Positions 30,619 through 39,347 of a stretch of DNA of 64,000 bases are shown one piece after another (position 1 is the stretch's first letter; every line of letters begins with the position of its first letter). The notes beneath the pieces are model-generated. The model was not told the origin of the DNA and searched no databases. It was given only the letters and a program-made list of their open reading frames with translations. The stretch covers positions 384,001 to 448,000 of the forward strand of contig CAVZZO010000001.1 of NCBI GenBank assembly GCA_963779755.1, given 5' to 3'. A program made the position numbers and the translations under genes. The DNA is from an uncultured Gemmatimonadales bacterium (GTDB lineage: Bacteria; Gemmatimonadota; Gemmatimonadetes; Gemmatimonadales; GWC2-71-9).

Positions 30619-30999
30619 CTAGAGACAGCCGAAGGATGGTTCGGGCCCGTCCCGGGGCAGGGCGTAGGGGCCGAGGGTGTAAGGGACCGGCTCACTGCCG
30701 GTGACCTTGAGGAACACGTACTTGCCGCTAAGCCCACCGGTGAACCGGGCCTCGGCGGGGGCAGGGACGGTCTGAAAGCTGACCTGTCCCGCGACGTCGA
30801 ACATGCCATGGCTGTCGAGGGGGATGGCGCCGGCGACCATCCCGTCGCCGCCGCAGCCGAGGAAAATGCGGGTTCCATCGCGCGAAACGATCATGACTAC
30901 CTGCCCGTTGGCATATTTGCCGACCGGGAGGACGTCGGGCGGATTGGTGGAACACGCCAGGAGCAGGAGGAGGACCGGCACGGAGGCAAGGCGCTGCAT
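30619..30999 (-). CDS. Small lipoprotein, paralog 2
   Basis: LLAC lipobox; tandem paralog of 30131-30523. Confidence 0.75.
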   Translation of the reverse strand: MQRLASVPVLLLLLACSTNPPDVLPVGKYANGQVVMIVSRDGTRIFLGCGGDGMVAGAIPLDSHGMFDVAGQVSFQTVPAPAEARFTGGLSGKYVFLKVTGSEPVPYTLGPYALPRDGPEPSFGCL

Positions 31000-31060
31000 G
31001 GGCGTATCCTGTGGGCGTCCACTGGGGGACGCGGGAAGCTATCCCGACATCACATGCGGC

Positions 31061-34000
31061 TCAGGAGCGCTCGGCGGTGAGCCGGCTCATGCGCTGCTTC
31101 ACCTCGGTCACCAGCGGCTGCAGCTCGGGGTCGGCCTTGTTCCAGAGATCGGTGAACCGGCCGTAATACTCCAGCGCTTTGGCGCGATTGCCCTGCTCCT
31201 CATAGATCTCACCCATGCGCCGCAGTGCCGGGCCCCGGTAGTCCCCATCGTCGTTCAGCCGGAACAGGTCAGGGACGCGAAGAAAGGCTTCGTAGGTAGC
31301 GAGGGCGGAATCGGGCTGCCCCGCCTTCTGCCAGGCCGCGGCCAGGTCCCAGAGCTGACAGGTTCCGCAGTGGAAGCGGTCACGGAATCGGTGGATGGCC
31401 GCAATGGCGGCCTCGGGGTGTCCCTCGGCCATCTCGATCCAGCCGTTCAGGAGGCCGAGAGTCTCCTGGGACTGGCGAACCCGAGCCGTGTCCGCCGTCC
31501 GGCGCCATTCGCTGATGATCTGGCGGGCACGGTCAGGTCGACCGAGGGTGGCGAAGAAGTACGCAAACCCCAGCGTGGGCCGGTCGGCCGGCTTGGTCGC
31601 TTTCAGCGCCTCCTGCCTGCCCCAGAGAGTTTCCAGGTGTTGCAGAGCATCGGGCGGCGCGTTGCCCAGGCTGATGCTGCGGTCCAGGTCGTCGAGCTCG
31701 CGGTACAGTCTGCGCTGCTCCGGATCCAGCGTGTCGCCGCTCAGCTGTGCATTGAGATCATCCCGGCGGTTGTTCCACCGCCGGCTCTCCGCCAGCCGTC
31801 CCCAGGCCTCGTAGACCGATCCGAGGCGGTTTGCGATGCCGGCCTGCCAGTTGGTGCCGGGAGGCGCGGAATCCGCAGCGGCCAGCGCCAGGCGTTCCAC
31901 TTCGGGGAAATCGGTGTGAGCGGCGGCCAGCCCGATCCGGAGATCGTAACGACGGGGGTTTTCCGGGGCCGAATCCGTCAGAAATTGAAGAGTAGATTCG
32001 GCTGCGGCAAACTTTCCCTGCCGCACCTGGGCGTCCGCCAGGTTGGTATAGGAGATGGCACCGCCGCCGTTCCTGAGCGAGCGGCGCTCGACCGCCTCGG
32101 CCTCGGCCCACTGGCCCTGCCGCATGTAGGCAATTCCGATGTTGTTCAGGGCCGGCATGTCATCGGGATACTTCTCCAGCAGGGTCCGATAGGTATCGAT
32201 GGTGCCCTGCATGTCGTTATCCACGGTGAAGTGATAATACGCGATCACGTGGAGGCGCTCCCGTTCGCTCAAGCGATCGCGCAGCTGGTACGCGCGGGTC
32301 GCGGCGCTGTCTGTCAGTTGCGGCTTTCCGCCGGGATTGGCCCAGGCTGCGAGCCGGCGCCAGCCCATGGCGAAGTTGCTGTCCAGCGCCACGGCCTGCT
32401 GCAGCAGCTCAACGGCGCGCCGGTAGTCTCCCAGCTCCTGCCCGGCACGCGTGGCCTGGGTGTAGAGGCGCAGGGCTTCGGTCGAGGTGGTGGTGATTCG
32501 CTCCAGCGGGGGGTCCGCCCGGACCTGGCGCAGCGATTCGCCGATCTTGGTGCGCAGCTGGCCGGAGAGCCGGTCCACCGCGTGGATCACTTCCTCGGGA
32601 GAATTGGCCGTCTCCCGGGCGGAAAAGAGGGCGTCACCTGAGCCGGCCGCGACCAGGCGGGTGGAGAGCACGTACCCGCTTCCCAGGCTGCGGATGTCGC
32701 CTGCGACATAGGCCTTGAGCCCCTCGCGCGCGGCGATTTCCCGCGCCAGGGCGGGGGTGATCACGCTGTCGTTGCGCTCCATGCGGTGCAGCACGTCCTG
32801 CACCTGTGCCGGCTCCAGCAGGTTGACCGCGCGGGACTGCGACAGATCAATCCTGAACAACTCGGTGACGGTGCCGCCCAGGGTGGAGTCGGCCGTACGA
32901 TTCTCGAAATCGGTGAGCAGCAGCCGGTCCTGGCCCTGCAGCACGCCCGAGGCCATGAGGGTCCCCACCGGCCCGATGCCAAGCAGGCGCATGGCCATGT
33001 AGACCGCGGTGGCCAGCGCCAGAGTTCCGAACGCGGCCCCGCCGCCCCAGAGCGCCTTGCGCCAGGTGATCAGGCCCTTCATGCCGGCCGGTGTGCCGGT
33101 CCAGGTGCCGGTCATGCGCGCCTGGGCGCGGTTTCGTTCCTGCCGGCCGGTAATCAGTATGATGGGGAGGCCGGCAAGCAGGAGGCCCACGGCCCCGGCA
33201 AAGACCCAGTCCGGCAGGCCCAGCTGCATCATCAAGAGCCAGGCCAGCGCCAGAATCAGCGCGGAGCCCAGGGCGTACAGGCCCAGGACCCGGGCCGGAT
33301 GACTCCGGCGGTAGGTGTGTTCCGCGCTGATGGCCGCCACCGGGGCCGTCCCGGTGGGCGTCATGCCGGCGGTCGGGGTGACAATGCTGCTCAAGGCCGG
33401 CAGCAGCTCGTCGGCGTTCTGCCAGCGGTCGGCCGGCCGCTTCTCCAGGCAGCGCATGACCAGTTCGGCCATGACCGGTGGGACGGCTGCGCGCCAGCGA
33501 GTCACCGGTTCGGGTGTCTGGGTGACGTGCGCGGCGAGGACGGCCTGGGGCGTGGGCCCGGTAAAGGGCGGCTGGCCGGCCAGCATTTCGTAGGCCAGGG
33601 CGCCCACGGCGTAGATGTCGGCCCGGTGGTCGGTGTGGGGGTCGGCCGCCGCCTGCTCGGGCGACATGTAGGCCGGCGTGCCCAGCGCCACACCCAGCGA
33701 GGTGAGCGAATGGCCCCCCTGATCGCCGCTGGAGGCACTCACCGCCTTGGCCACCCCGAAGTCGGTCACCAGGGCATGATGGTCCGACAGCATCACGTTA
33801 TCGGGCTTGATATCGCGGTGCACCACGCCGCGCCGGTGGGCCGCGGCCAGCGCGTCGACCACGTCGCGGAGAATCCGCGCCGCCTCGCCCACCGGCAGCT
33901 CGCCTTCCCGGGCGAGTTTGGCGCGGAGCGATTCGCCCTCGATATAGGGCATGACATAGTACAGCAGCGTCCCCGCCGAACCGGCGGTGAGCAAGGGGAC

Positions 34001-34225
34001 GATATGGGGATGCTGGAGGGAGGCGGCGAGCTTGATCTCGCGCTGAAAGCGCTCCTTGTTCACCCCGGCCGACATGTCGGGCGGCAGCACCTTGATGACC
34101 ACCCGGCGCTCCAGCTCGACTTCCTCGGCGAGGAAGACGCGGCTCATTCCCCCGCCGCCCAGCTCCTTGAGCAGGCGGTAGGTGGGGCTGAGGGCGTCCT
34201 GCAGCTCCGACTGGAGGTCGGACAT
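31061..34225 (-). CDS. Ser/Thr protein kinase with TM segments and TPR C-terminus
   Basis: GGGGMS, VIK, HRDIKPDN, DFG, GTPAYMSPEQ; three TM helices; TPRs. Confidence 0.92.
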   Translation of the reverse strand: MSDLQSELQDALSPTYRLLKELGGGGMSRVFLAEEVELERRVVIKVLPPDMSAGVNKERFQREIKLAASLQHPHIVPLLTAGSAGTLLYYVMPYIEGESLRAKLAREGELPVGEAARILRDVVDALAAAHRRGVVHRDIKPDNVMLSDHHALVTDFGVAKAVSASSGDQGGHSLTSLGVALGTPAYMSPEQAAADPHTDHRADIYAVGALAYEMLAGQPPFTGPTPQAVLAAHVTQTPEPVTRWRAAVPPVMAELVMRCLEKRPADRWQNADELLPALSSIVTPTAGMTPTGTAPVAAISAEHTYRRSHPARVLGLYALGSALILALAWLLMMQLGLPDWVFAGAVGLLLAGLPIILITGRQERNRAQARMTGTWTGTPAGMKGLITWRKALWGGGAAFGTLALATAVYMAMRLLGIGPVGTLMASGVLQGQDRLLLTDFENRTADSTLGGTVTELFRIDLSQSRAVNLLEPAQVQDVLHRMERNDSVITPALAREIAAREGLKAYVAGDIRSLGSGYVLSTRLVAAGSGDALFSARETANSPEEVIHAVDRLSGQLRTKIGESLRQVRADPPLERITTTSTEALRLYTQATRAGQELGDYRRAVELLQQAVALDSNFAMGWRRLAAWANPGGKPQLTDSAATRAYQLRDRLSERERLHVIAYYHFTVDNDMQGTIDTYRTLLEKYPDDMPALNNIGIAYMRQGQWAEAEAVERRSLRNGGGAISYTNLADAQVRQGKFAAAESTLQFLTDSAPENPRRYDLRIGLAAAHTDFPEVERLALAAADSAPPGTNWQAGIANRLGSVYEAWGRLAESRRWNNRRDDLNAQLSGDTLDPEQRRLYRELDDLDRSISLGNAPPDALQHLETLWGRQEALKATKPADRPTLGFAYFFATLGRPDRARQIISEWRRTADTARVRQSQETLGLLNGWIEMAEGHPEAAIAAIHRFRDRFHCGTCQLWDLAAAWQKAGQPDSALATYEAFLRVPDLFRLNDDGDYRGPALRRMGEIYEEQGNRAKALEYYGRFTDLWNKADPELQPLVTEVKQRMSRLTAERS

Positions 34226-34350
34226 GGCGGCCTGGGGGGAGGGGGGGACTCCCAGAAGATAGGCAGAAGGAGGGAGAGCGGGAAAGGACTGAAGACTGAT
34301 GGTCAGGAGTCAGGACTCAGGGGCTCGGAGTCGGGAGCAGGGACCGGGAA

Positions 34351-34557
34351 TCAGGAATCGGGGACCAGTCGCGCGAGCAGGCGCCTGACTTCTCTGACAC
34401 GCCAGTGGTCGTCCGGCAGGGGCGCGAGATGAGCCAGGGCTTCCCGGAGCGTCGTCCGGGCCTCCGCGGTCTTCCCCTGGGCGAGCAGCGCTTCGCCCAG
34501 GCGGTGCAGCGTCTGGCCAAGGTTGGGGCTATCGGGCTGCCGGGGAGGAGTGAGAAA
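34351..34557 (-). pseudogene. Orphan TPR C-terminal fragment bracketed by heptamer arrays
   Basis: Minus frame reads QPDSPNLGQTLHRLGEALLAQGKTAEARTTLREALAHLAPLPDDHWRVREVRRLLARLVPDS*; in-frame stop upstream, no start codon. Confidence 0.6.
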
Positions 34558-34620
34558 TCAGGAATCAGGGATCAGGAATCAGGGATCAGGGATCAGGGAT
34601 CAGGGATCAGGGATCAGGAG
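34555..34620. repeat. (TCAGG(G/A)A)n heptamer array
   Basis: About 9 units read directly. Confidence 0.9.
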
Positions 34621-34717
34621 CGGCTCCGGGCCGAGGTATTAAGTTGAGGCCGGAGCCGTTTTCTGTGCCCGGGCTCTATTCCCGATACCCTTTTCCCCGT
34701 TTCCCCTCCATCAGACC

Positions 34718-36970
34718 ATGAGACTTCCCGCCATTCTGCTGGCTGTCTCCGCCGCAGCCGTTCCGTCGCTACTCCCGGCCCAGGCCAGCCCGCAGGATAT
34801 CGCCCGGTGGCAGCAGGAGGCCGGGCGCGTCACCATCACCCGCGACGACTGGGGCATTGCCCACGTCTACGGGAAAACCGACGCCGACGCGGTCTTCGGG
34901 ATGGAATACGCCCAGGCGGAAGACGACTTCAACCGGGTGGAGACGAACTACCTGAATGCGCTGGGGCGGCTGGCCGAGGCCGAGGGCGAGTCGGCCATCT
35001 ACCGCGACCTCCGGATGAAGCTGTTTATCGATCCCGATTCGCTGAAGAAGCAGTATGCCGCGAGCTCCGCCTGGCTCAAGGCGCTCATGGATGCCTTCGC
35101 CGACGGTCTCAACTACTACCTCTACACCCATCCCGAGGTGAAGCCGCGGGTCATCACCCGGTTCGAGCCCTGGATGGCGCTGAGCTTTACGGAGGGGAGC
35201 ATCGGGGGGGACATCGAGCAGATCAGCCTGCGCGATCTCGAGGCCTTCTATGGGACGCAGGTCGGGGCCCTGCCGCCGCCGGAGGCCGGGGCGGCCGCCG
35301 GCGCCGGGCTGGCCGTCGCGTCGTTCCCCGCCGAGCCTTCCGGCTCGAACGGGATCGCCATCGCGCCGCAGAATACGCTGAATCACCACGCTCTGCTCTA
35401 CATCAATCCGCACACCTCCTTCTACTTCCGTTCGGAACTGCAGATGGCGAGCGACGAGGGGCTGGACGCGTACGGCGCGGTGACCTGGGGGCAGTTTTTC
35501 ATCTACCAGGGGTTCAACGCCACGGCGGGGTGGATGCACACCTCGAGCGGGGTGGACAACATCGACGAGTTCCTCGAGACCCTGGTGCAGCGGGAAGGCA
35601 AGTACTTCTATCGCCATGGTGAGAAGATCCTGCCCCTGGTGACGCATCGCATCACGGTGCCCTACCGGACGGCGGCCGGCAAGGCCCGGAAGACCTTCAC
35701 CGCCTATTACACCATGCATGGTCCGGTGGTGCGGAAGGCTGGGACGAGCTGGGTGAGTGTGAGCCTGATGCAGTCGCCGGTGAAGGCACTGATCCAGTCC
35801 TATACCCGGACCAAGGCGAAGAACTACGCCGAGTTCCGGAAGATCATGGACCTGCACACCAACTCGTCCAACAACACCGTCTTTGCCGATGCGGAAGGCA
35901 ACATCGCCTACTTCCATTCCAACTACATCCCCCGCCGCGACACGTCCTTCGACTGGACGAAGCCGGTAGAGGGGAGCAATCCGGCCACCGACTATCACGG
36001 CGTACTCGCGGTGGATGAGACGCCCAATGTGCTGAACCCGGCGTCGGGCTGGCTCTACAACTCCAACAACTGGCCCTGGTCGGCGGCGGGGCCGGACAGC
36101 CCGAAGCGGGAGAACTATCCCGCCTACGTGGAGCGGGGGCGCTGGGAGACGGCACGCGGTCATCATGCGCTGAAGGTTCTGTCGGGGAAGAAGGACTTCA
36201 CCATGGCCTCGCTCACCCAGGCGGGGTTCGACAGCTACCTGCCGGCCTTCGCTGCCATGGTGCCGCCGCTCCTTCGCGCCTATGACGGCCTCCCCGCGGC
36301 CGATACCCTCAAGGCGAAGCTGGGCGGCCCCATCTCGGCGCTGCGCGATTGGGACGACCGGTGGGGGGTGAACTCGGTCCCGACTTCGCTCGCGGTCTAT
36401 TGGGGCACCACGATCCTGCGCAAGATCTACCGGGAGTCGGCCGATGCCGGGATGTCGGCCGAGGACTACGTAGCCCAGCACGTACCGCCGGCGCAGCTGC
36501 TGGCCAGCTTCGCCGCGGCGGTGGGCTGGCTGAAGAAGGATTTCGGCCGCTGGCAGACGCCCTGGGGGCAGATCAACCGCTTCCAGCGGCTGGACGACAG
36601 CATCGAGTCGCATTTCGACGACTCGAAGTGGAGCATCCCGGTGCCGTTTACCTCCGCGCTGTGGGGCTCACTGGCCTCATTCGGGGCCAGATCCTATCCC
36701 AACACGAAAAGGTGGTACGGTACCAGCGGGAACAGCTTCATTGCGGTGGTGGAGTTCGGCGACAGCGTGCGGGCCCGCGCGGTAACAGCCGGCGGGGAGA
36801 GCGGGAATCCGGACTCGCCGCACTTCAACGACGAGGCGACGCAGTACGCCATGGGCGCGTTGCGGCCGGTGTACTACTACCGCTCGCAGCTGGCCGGGCA
36901 TACGGAAGCGATCTATCATCCGGGCGAGGAGAAGAGAGAAAAGGAAGTAGGGGAAAGGGAAAAGGATTGA
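34718..36970 (+). CDS. Penicillin acylase / peptidase S45 (Ntn hydrolase)
   Basis: RDDWGIAHVY, GSNG nucleophile, NPH, GGESG.P.SPHF.D; signal peptide. Confidence 0.9.
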   Translation: MRLPAILLAVSAAAVPSLLPAQASPQDIARWQQEAGRVTITRDDWGIAHVYGKTDADAVFGMEYAQAEDDFNRVETNYLNALGRLAEAEGESAIYRDLRMKLFIDPDSLKKQYAASSAWLKALMDAFADGLNYYLYTHPEVKPRVITRFEPWMALSFTEGSIGGDIEQISLRDLEAFYGTQVGALPPPEAGAAAGAGLAVASFPAEPSGSNGIAIAPQNTLNHHALLYINPHTSFYFRSELQMASDEGLDAYGAVTWGQFFIYQGFNATAGWMHTSSGVDNIDEFLETLVQREGKYFYRHGEKILPLVTHRITVPYRTAAGKARKTFTAYYTMHGPVVRKAGTSWVSVSLMQSPVKALIQSYTRTKAKNYAEFRKIMDLHTNSSNNTVFADAEGNIAYFHSNYIPRRDTSFDWTKPVEGSNPATDYHGVLAVDETPNVLNPASGWLYNSNNWPWSAAGPDSPKRENYPAYVERGRWETARGHHALKVLSGKKDFTMASLTQAGFDSYLPAFAAMVPPLLRAYDGLPAADTLKAKLGGPISALRDWDDRWGVNSVPTSLAVYWGTTILRKIYRESADAGMSAEDYVAQHVPPAQLLASFAAAVGWLKKDFGRWQTPWGQINRFQRLDDSIESHFDDSKWSIPVPFTSALWGSLASFGARSYPNTKRWYGTSGNSFIAVVEFGDSVRARAVTAGGESGNPDSPHFNDEATQYAMGALRPVYYYRSQLAGHTEAIYHPGEEKREKEVGEREKD

Positions 36971-37076
36971 GGAAAGAGGACTCGGGACTGAGGATCCGAT
37001 CCCATTCTGGGACCAGGTGGTCTCGAGCTGGGACCCGTCAAGCCTCCGCCGACCAGACCCCAGCCGCTGGACCACA

Positions 37077-37130
37077 TTGACAGCGAGAGGGTCGGGTCGT
37101 ATTTTCACGTTTCATGAAACGTGAAAATAC
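37077..37130 (+). promoter_or_regulatory. Sigma70 promoter (TTGACA-17-TATTTT) overlapped by a perfect 32-bp palindromic operator candidate
   Basis: TTGACA 37077-37082, TATTTT 37100-37105, palindrome GTATTTTCACGTTTCA|TGAAACGTGAAAATAC 37099-37130 abutting ATG 37131. Confidence 0.8.
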
Positions 37131-37649
37131 ATGCGACAGATAACCCTTCGCCCAGCGGATGTTGCCGTGGCTCTTGCGCTCAGCCTGGAGGAGGATCAGC
37201 CATATCCCAGACTGGCGGAGAAGGTAGGTCTGAGTCTTGGGGAGACTCATAATGCCGTTCGGCGCCTGACCCAGGCCGGGCTCCTGTCGTTGACGGGGCG
37301 GCGCCCGGTCCGCTCGTCCCTGCTGGATTTTCTGCGTTCCGGAGTTCCCTACGCGTTTCCGGCTCAAATGGGTGCGGAGACCCGGGGCGTTGCGACCGCC
37401 CGGAGTGCGGAGCCCCTGTCCCGGGAGTTCACCTCGGGACCATCCCTGGTGTGGCCCAGTTCAGCAGGGTCTGTGCGGGGCCAGAGCATCGTTCCGCTGT
37501 ATCCGGGGGCTCTGAAACTCCCGGAGAGGAATCCCGAACTGTACCGCCTCCTCACGCTGGTGGATGGTATCCGGGCGGGTCAGGCCCGTGAGCGGAAGCG
37601 GGCAGCAGAGATACTGGCCAGCGAAATACTGGGCCGGCCCGGCAGGTGA
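37131..37649 (+). CDS. wHTH protein, putative type IV TA (AbiEi-like) antitoxin
   Basis: N-terminal HTH (LAEKVGLSLGETHNAVRRL..AGL); coupled to a nucleotidyltransferase gene. Confidence 0.65.
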   Translation: MRQITLRPADVAVALALSLEEDQPYPRLAEKVGLSLGETHNAVRRLTQAGLLSLTGRRPVRSSLLDFLRSGVPYAFPAQMGAETRGVATARSAEPLSREFTSGPSLVWPSSAGSVRGQSIVPLYPGALKLPERNPELYRLLTLVDGIRAGQARERKRAAEILASEILGRPGR

Positions 37650-38365
37650 CGGGGAGTCCCGTCGGCCCCGGCTCCGCTCTTCTGAGGCTCGCTGTCACGA
37701 GGCTCCAGCCGCTCCTTGCCGACTTGGTCTTTGTCGGTGGGCAGGTCGCCGAGCTGCTGATTACCGATCCCGCAGCGGTGCGAATCCGGCCCACCGATGA
37801 TATTGATGTAGTTACCCGGGCTGTCACCCGCGGGCAGTATTTCGAATTGGGGCAGGAACTGCGCAAACTGGGCTTTCGGGAGGATACGAGTCCTGGTGCT
37901 CCGCTTTGCCGCTGGCATACCGAGGACGGAATCCGGCTCGATGTAATGCCGGTGGCCGGAAAGATTCTCGGTTTCTCCAACCGTTGGTACGAACGGGCGA
38001 TAGAGCGTCCGCTGGAAGTCCAACTGGAAGGCCTGCCCGTCCGGGTGGTGAGCGCGCCGGTGTTCCTGGCAACCAAATGGGAAGCCTTCGAGGGGAGGGG
38101 CGGTGAGGATTACTTTGGCTCCCACGATCTGGAAGACATTCTTACCCTGGTGGCGGGCAGGCCCGAGTTACCGGAAGAGCTGCGTAACGCTCCGGGAGAC
38201 GTTCGGGAATGGGTCGCTGGGAGATTTCGCGACTTCCTCGGACTGGCGCTGTCGGATGATGTTATCGCCGGGGCGCTTCCGGATGCCAGGCAGGCTCCCG
38301 ATTTGATACCGCGGGTGCGAGATCGCATCGCAGGAATGGCCCGGCTCGGCCATGAACCTGATTAG
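37646..38365 (+). CDS. Nucleotidyltransferase, AbiEii/AbiGii-like toxin
   Basis: VFVGG, R.T.DID, LDVMP, ATK, SHDLED motifs; GTGA overlap. Confidence 0.7.
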   Translation: MTGSPVGPGSALLRLAVTRLQPLLADLVFVGGQVAELLITDPAAVRIRPTDDIDVVTRAVTRGQYFELGQELRKLGFREDTSPGAPLCRWHTEDGIRLDVMPVAGKILGFSNRWYERAIERPLEVQLEGLPVRVVSAPVFLATKWEAFEGRGGEDYFGSHDLEDILTLVAGRPELPEELRNAPGDVREWVAGRFRDFLGLALSDDVIAGALPDARQAPDLIPRVRDRIAGMARLGHEPD

Positions 38366-38394
38366 CGCGTCACCCTCAGCGATTCTGCAAATCC

Positions 38395-38927
38395 ATGGCT
38401 GAACTCATCTGGGAAGGCAAATACGACGAACAGGGGCGCAAGGTGGCGCCGCCCCGGATTGCGCTGCCCTTTCAGACGGTGGAAACGGTCAACGAATCCG
38501 CTGCCGACCGGGAGCGGATGCAGGATCTCTTTGCCGCCGGGCGGAAAAGCGAGTGGCGGAACCGCCTCATCTGGGGCGACAAGAAGTACGTGCTGCCGTC
38601 GCTGCTGGAGGAGTTCGCGGGGAAGGTCAACCTGATCTATATAGATCCGCCGTTCGCCACGGGGGGCGATTTCTCTTTCACTGCCAGCATTCCGGATGAT
38701 CCGGACACGGAAGGAGACCAAAGCGCGAGTTTCGTGAAGCAGCCCAGCCTGATCGAGCAGAAGGCGTATCGAGATACTTGGGGGAAGGGGCTAGATGGCT
38801 ACCTTGGTTGGTTCTTCGAAACAGTGGTATGCTTGCGAGACCTTCTCGATTCCAATGGCTCCCTCTATGTCCACTTGGACTACACGGTGGGCCACTATGC
38901 CAAGGTCATCTTGGATGAGGTTTTTGG
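38395..38927 (+). pseudogene. mod: Type III RM DNA methyltransferase, N-terminal part only
   Basis: NRLIWGD, LIYIDPPF, AYRDTWG, GSLYVHLD, LDEVFG; similarity then ends and no SAM-binding FxGxG follows. Confidence 0.85.
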
Positions 38928-39334
38928 GCCTCGCCTTCGCTGCCGGCAAGACAGTCTTCAACCTGGCGGCGGGGGACAACGACTTCGAAGCCCGCTTCGC
39001 GCGTTTCCTGCAGGAGGCACCGGACGTGACGTCCTTCGCGAAGCTTCCTTCCCAGTTCGGCTTTGCCATCGAGTATACGGACAGTAAGGCCAGTCTTCGT
39101 TACTACGAGCCGGATTTCGTTGCTATCCTCTCCGACGGGGTCCACTGGCTGATTGAAACCAAAGGCCGGGAGGATACAGATGTCATTCACAAGGATCGAG
39201 CGGCAAGTCTCTGGTGTGAAAACGCCTCCCGGCTCGGCGGCCAGCAGTGGCAGTACCTGAAGGTCCCCCAGGCCGGGTTCGAAAAGCTGCTACCTACGGC
39301 GTTCGCCGATCTTGTCGTTTTCCATTCTTCCTAG
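38928..39334 (+). pseudogene. res: Type III RM restriction subunit, C-terminal nuclease fragment in a different frame
   Basis: KTVFN...DNDFE..FARFL, YYEPDF...IETKG PD-(D/E)xK motif; helicase domains absent. Confidence 0.75.
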
Positions 39335-39347
39335 CACCGGACTACCC

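Noticed and set aside
38795..39334. Programmed frameshift joining mod and res at the T-run near 38920
   Set aside because: Both parts lack essential domains; a deletion explains the junction more simply.
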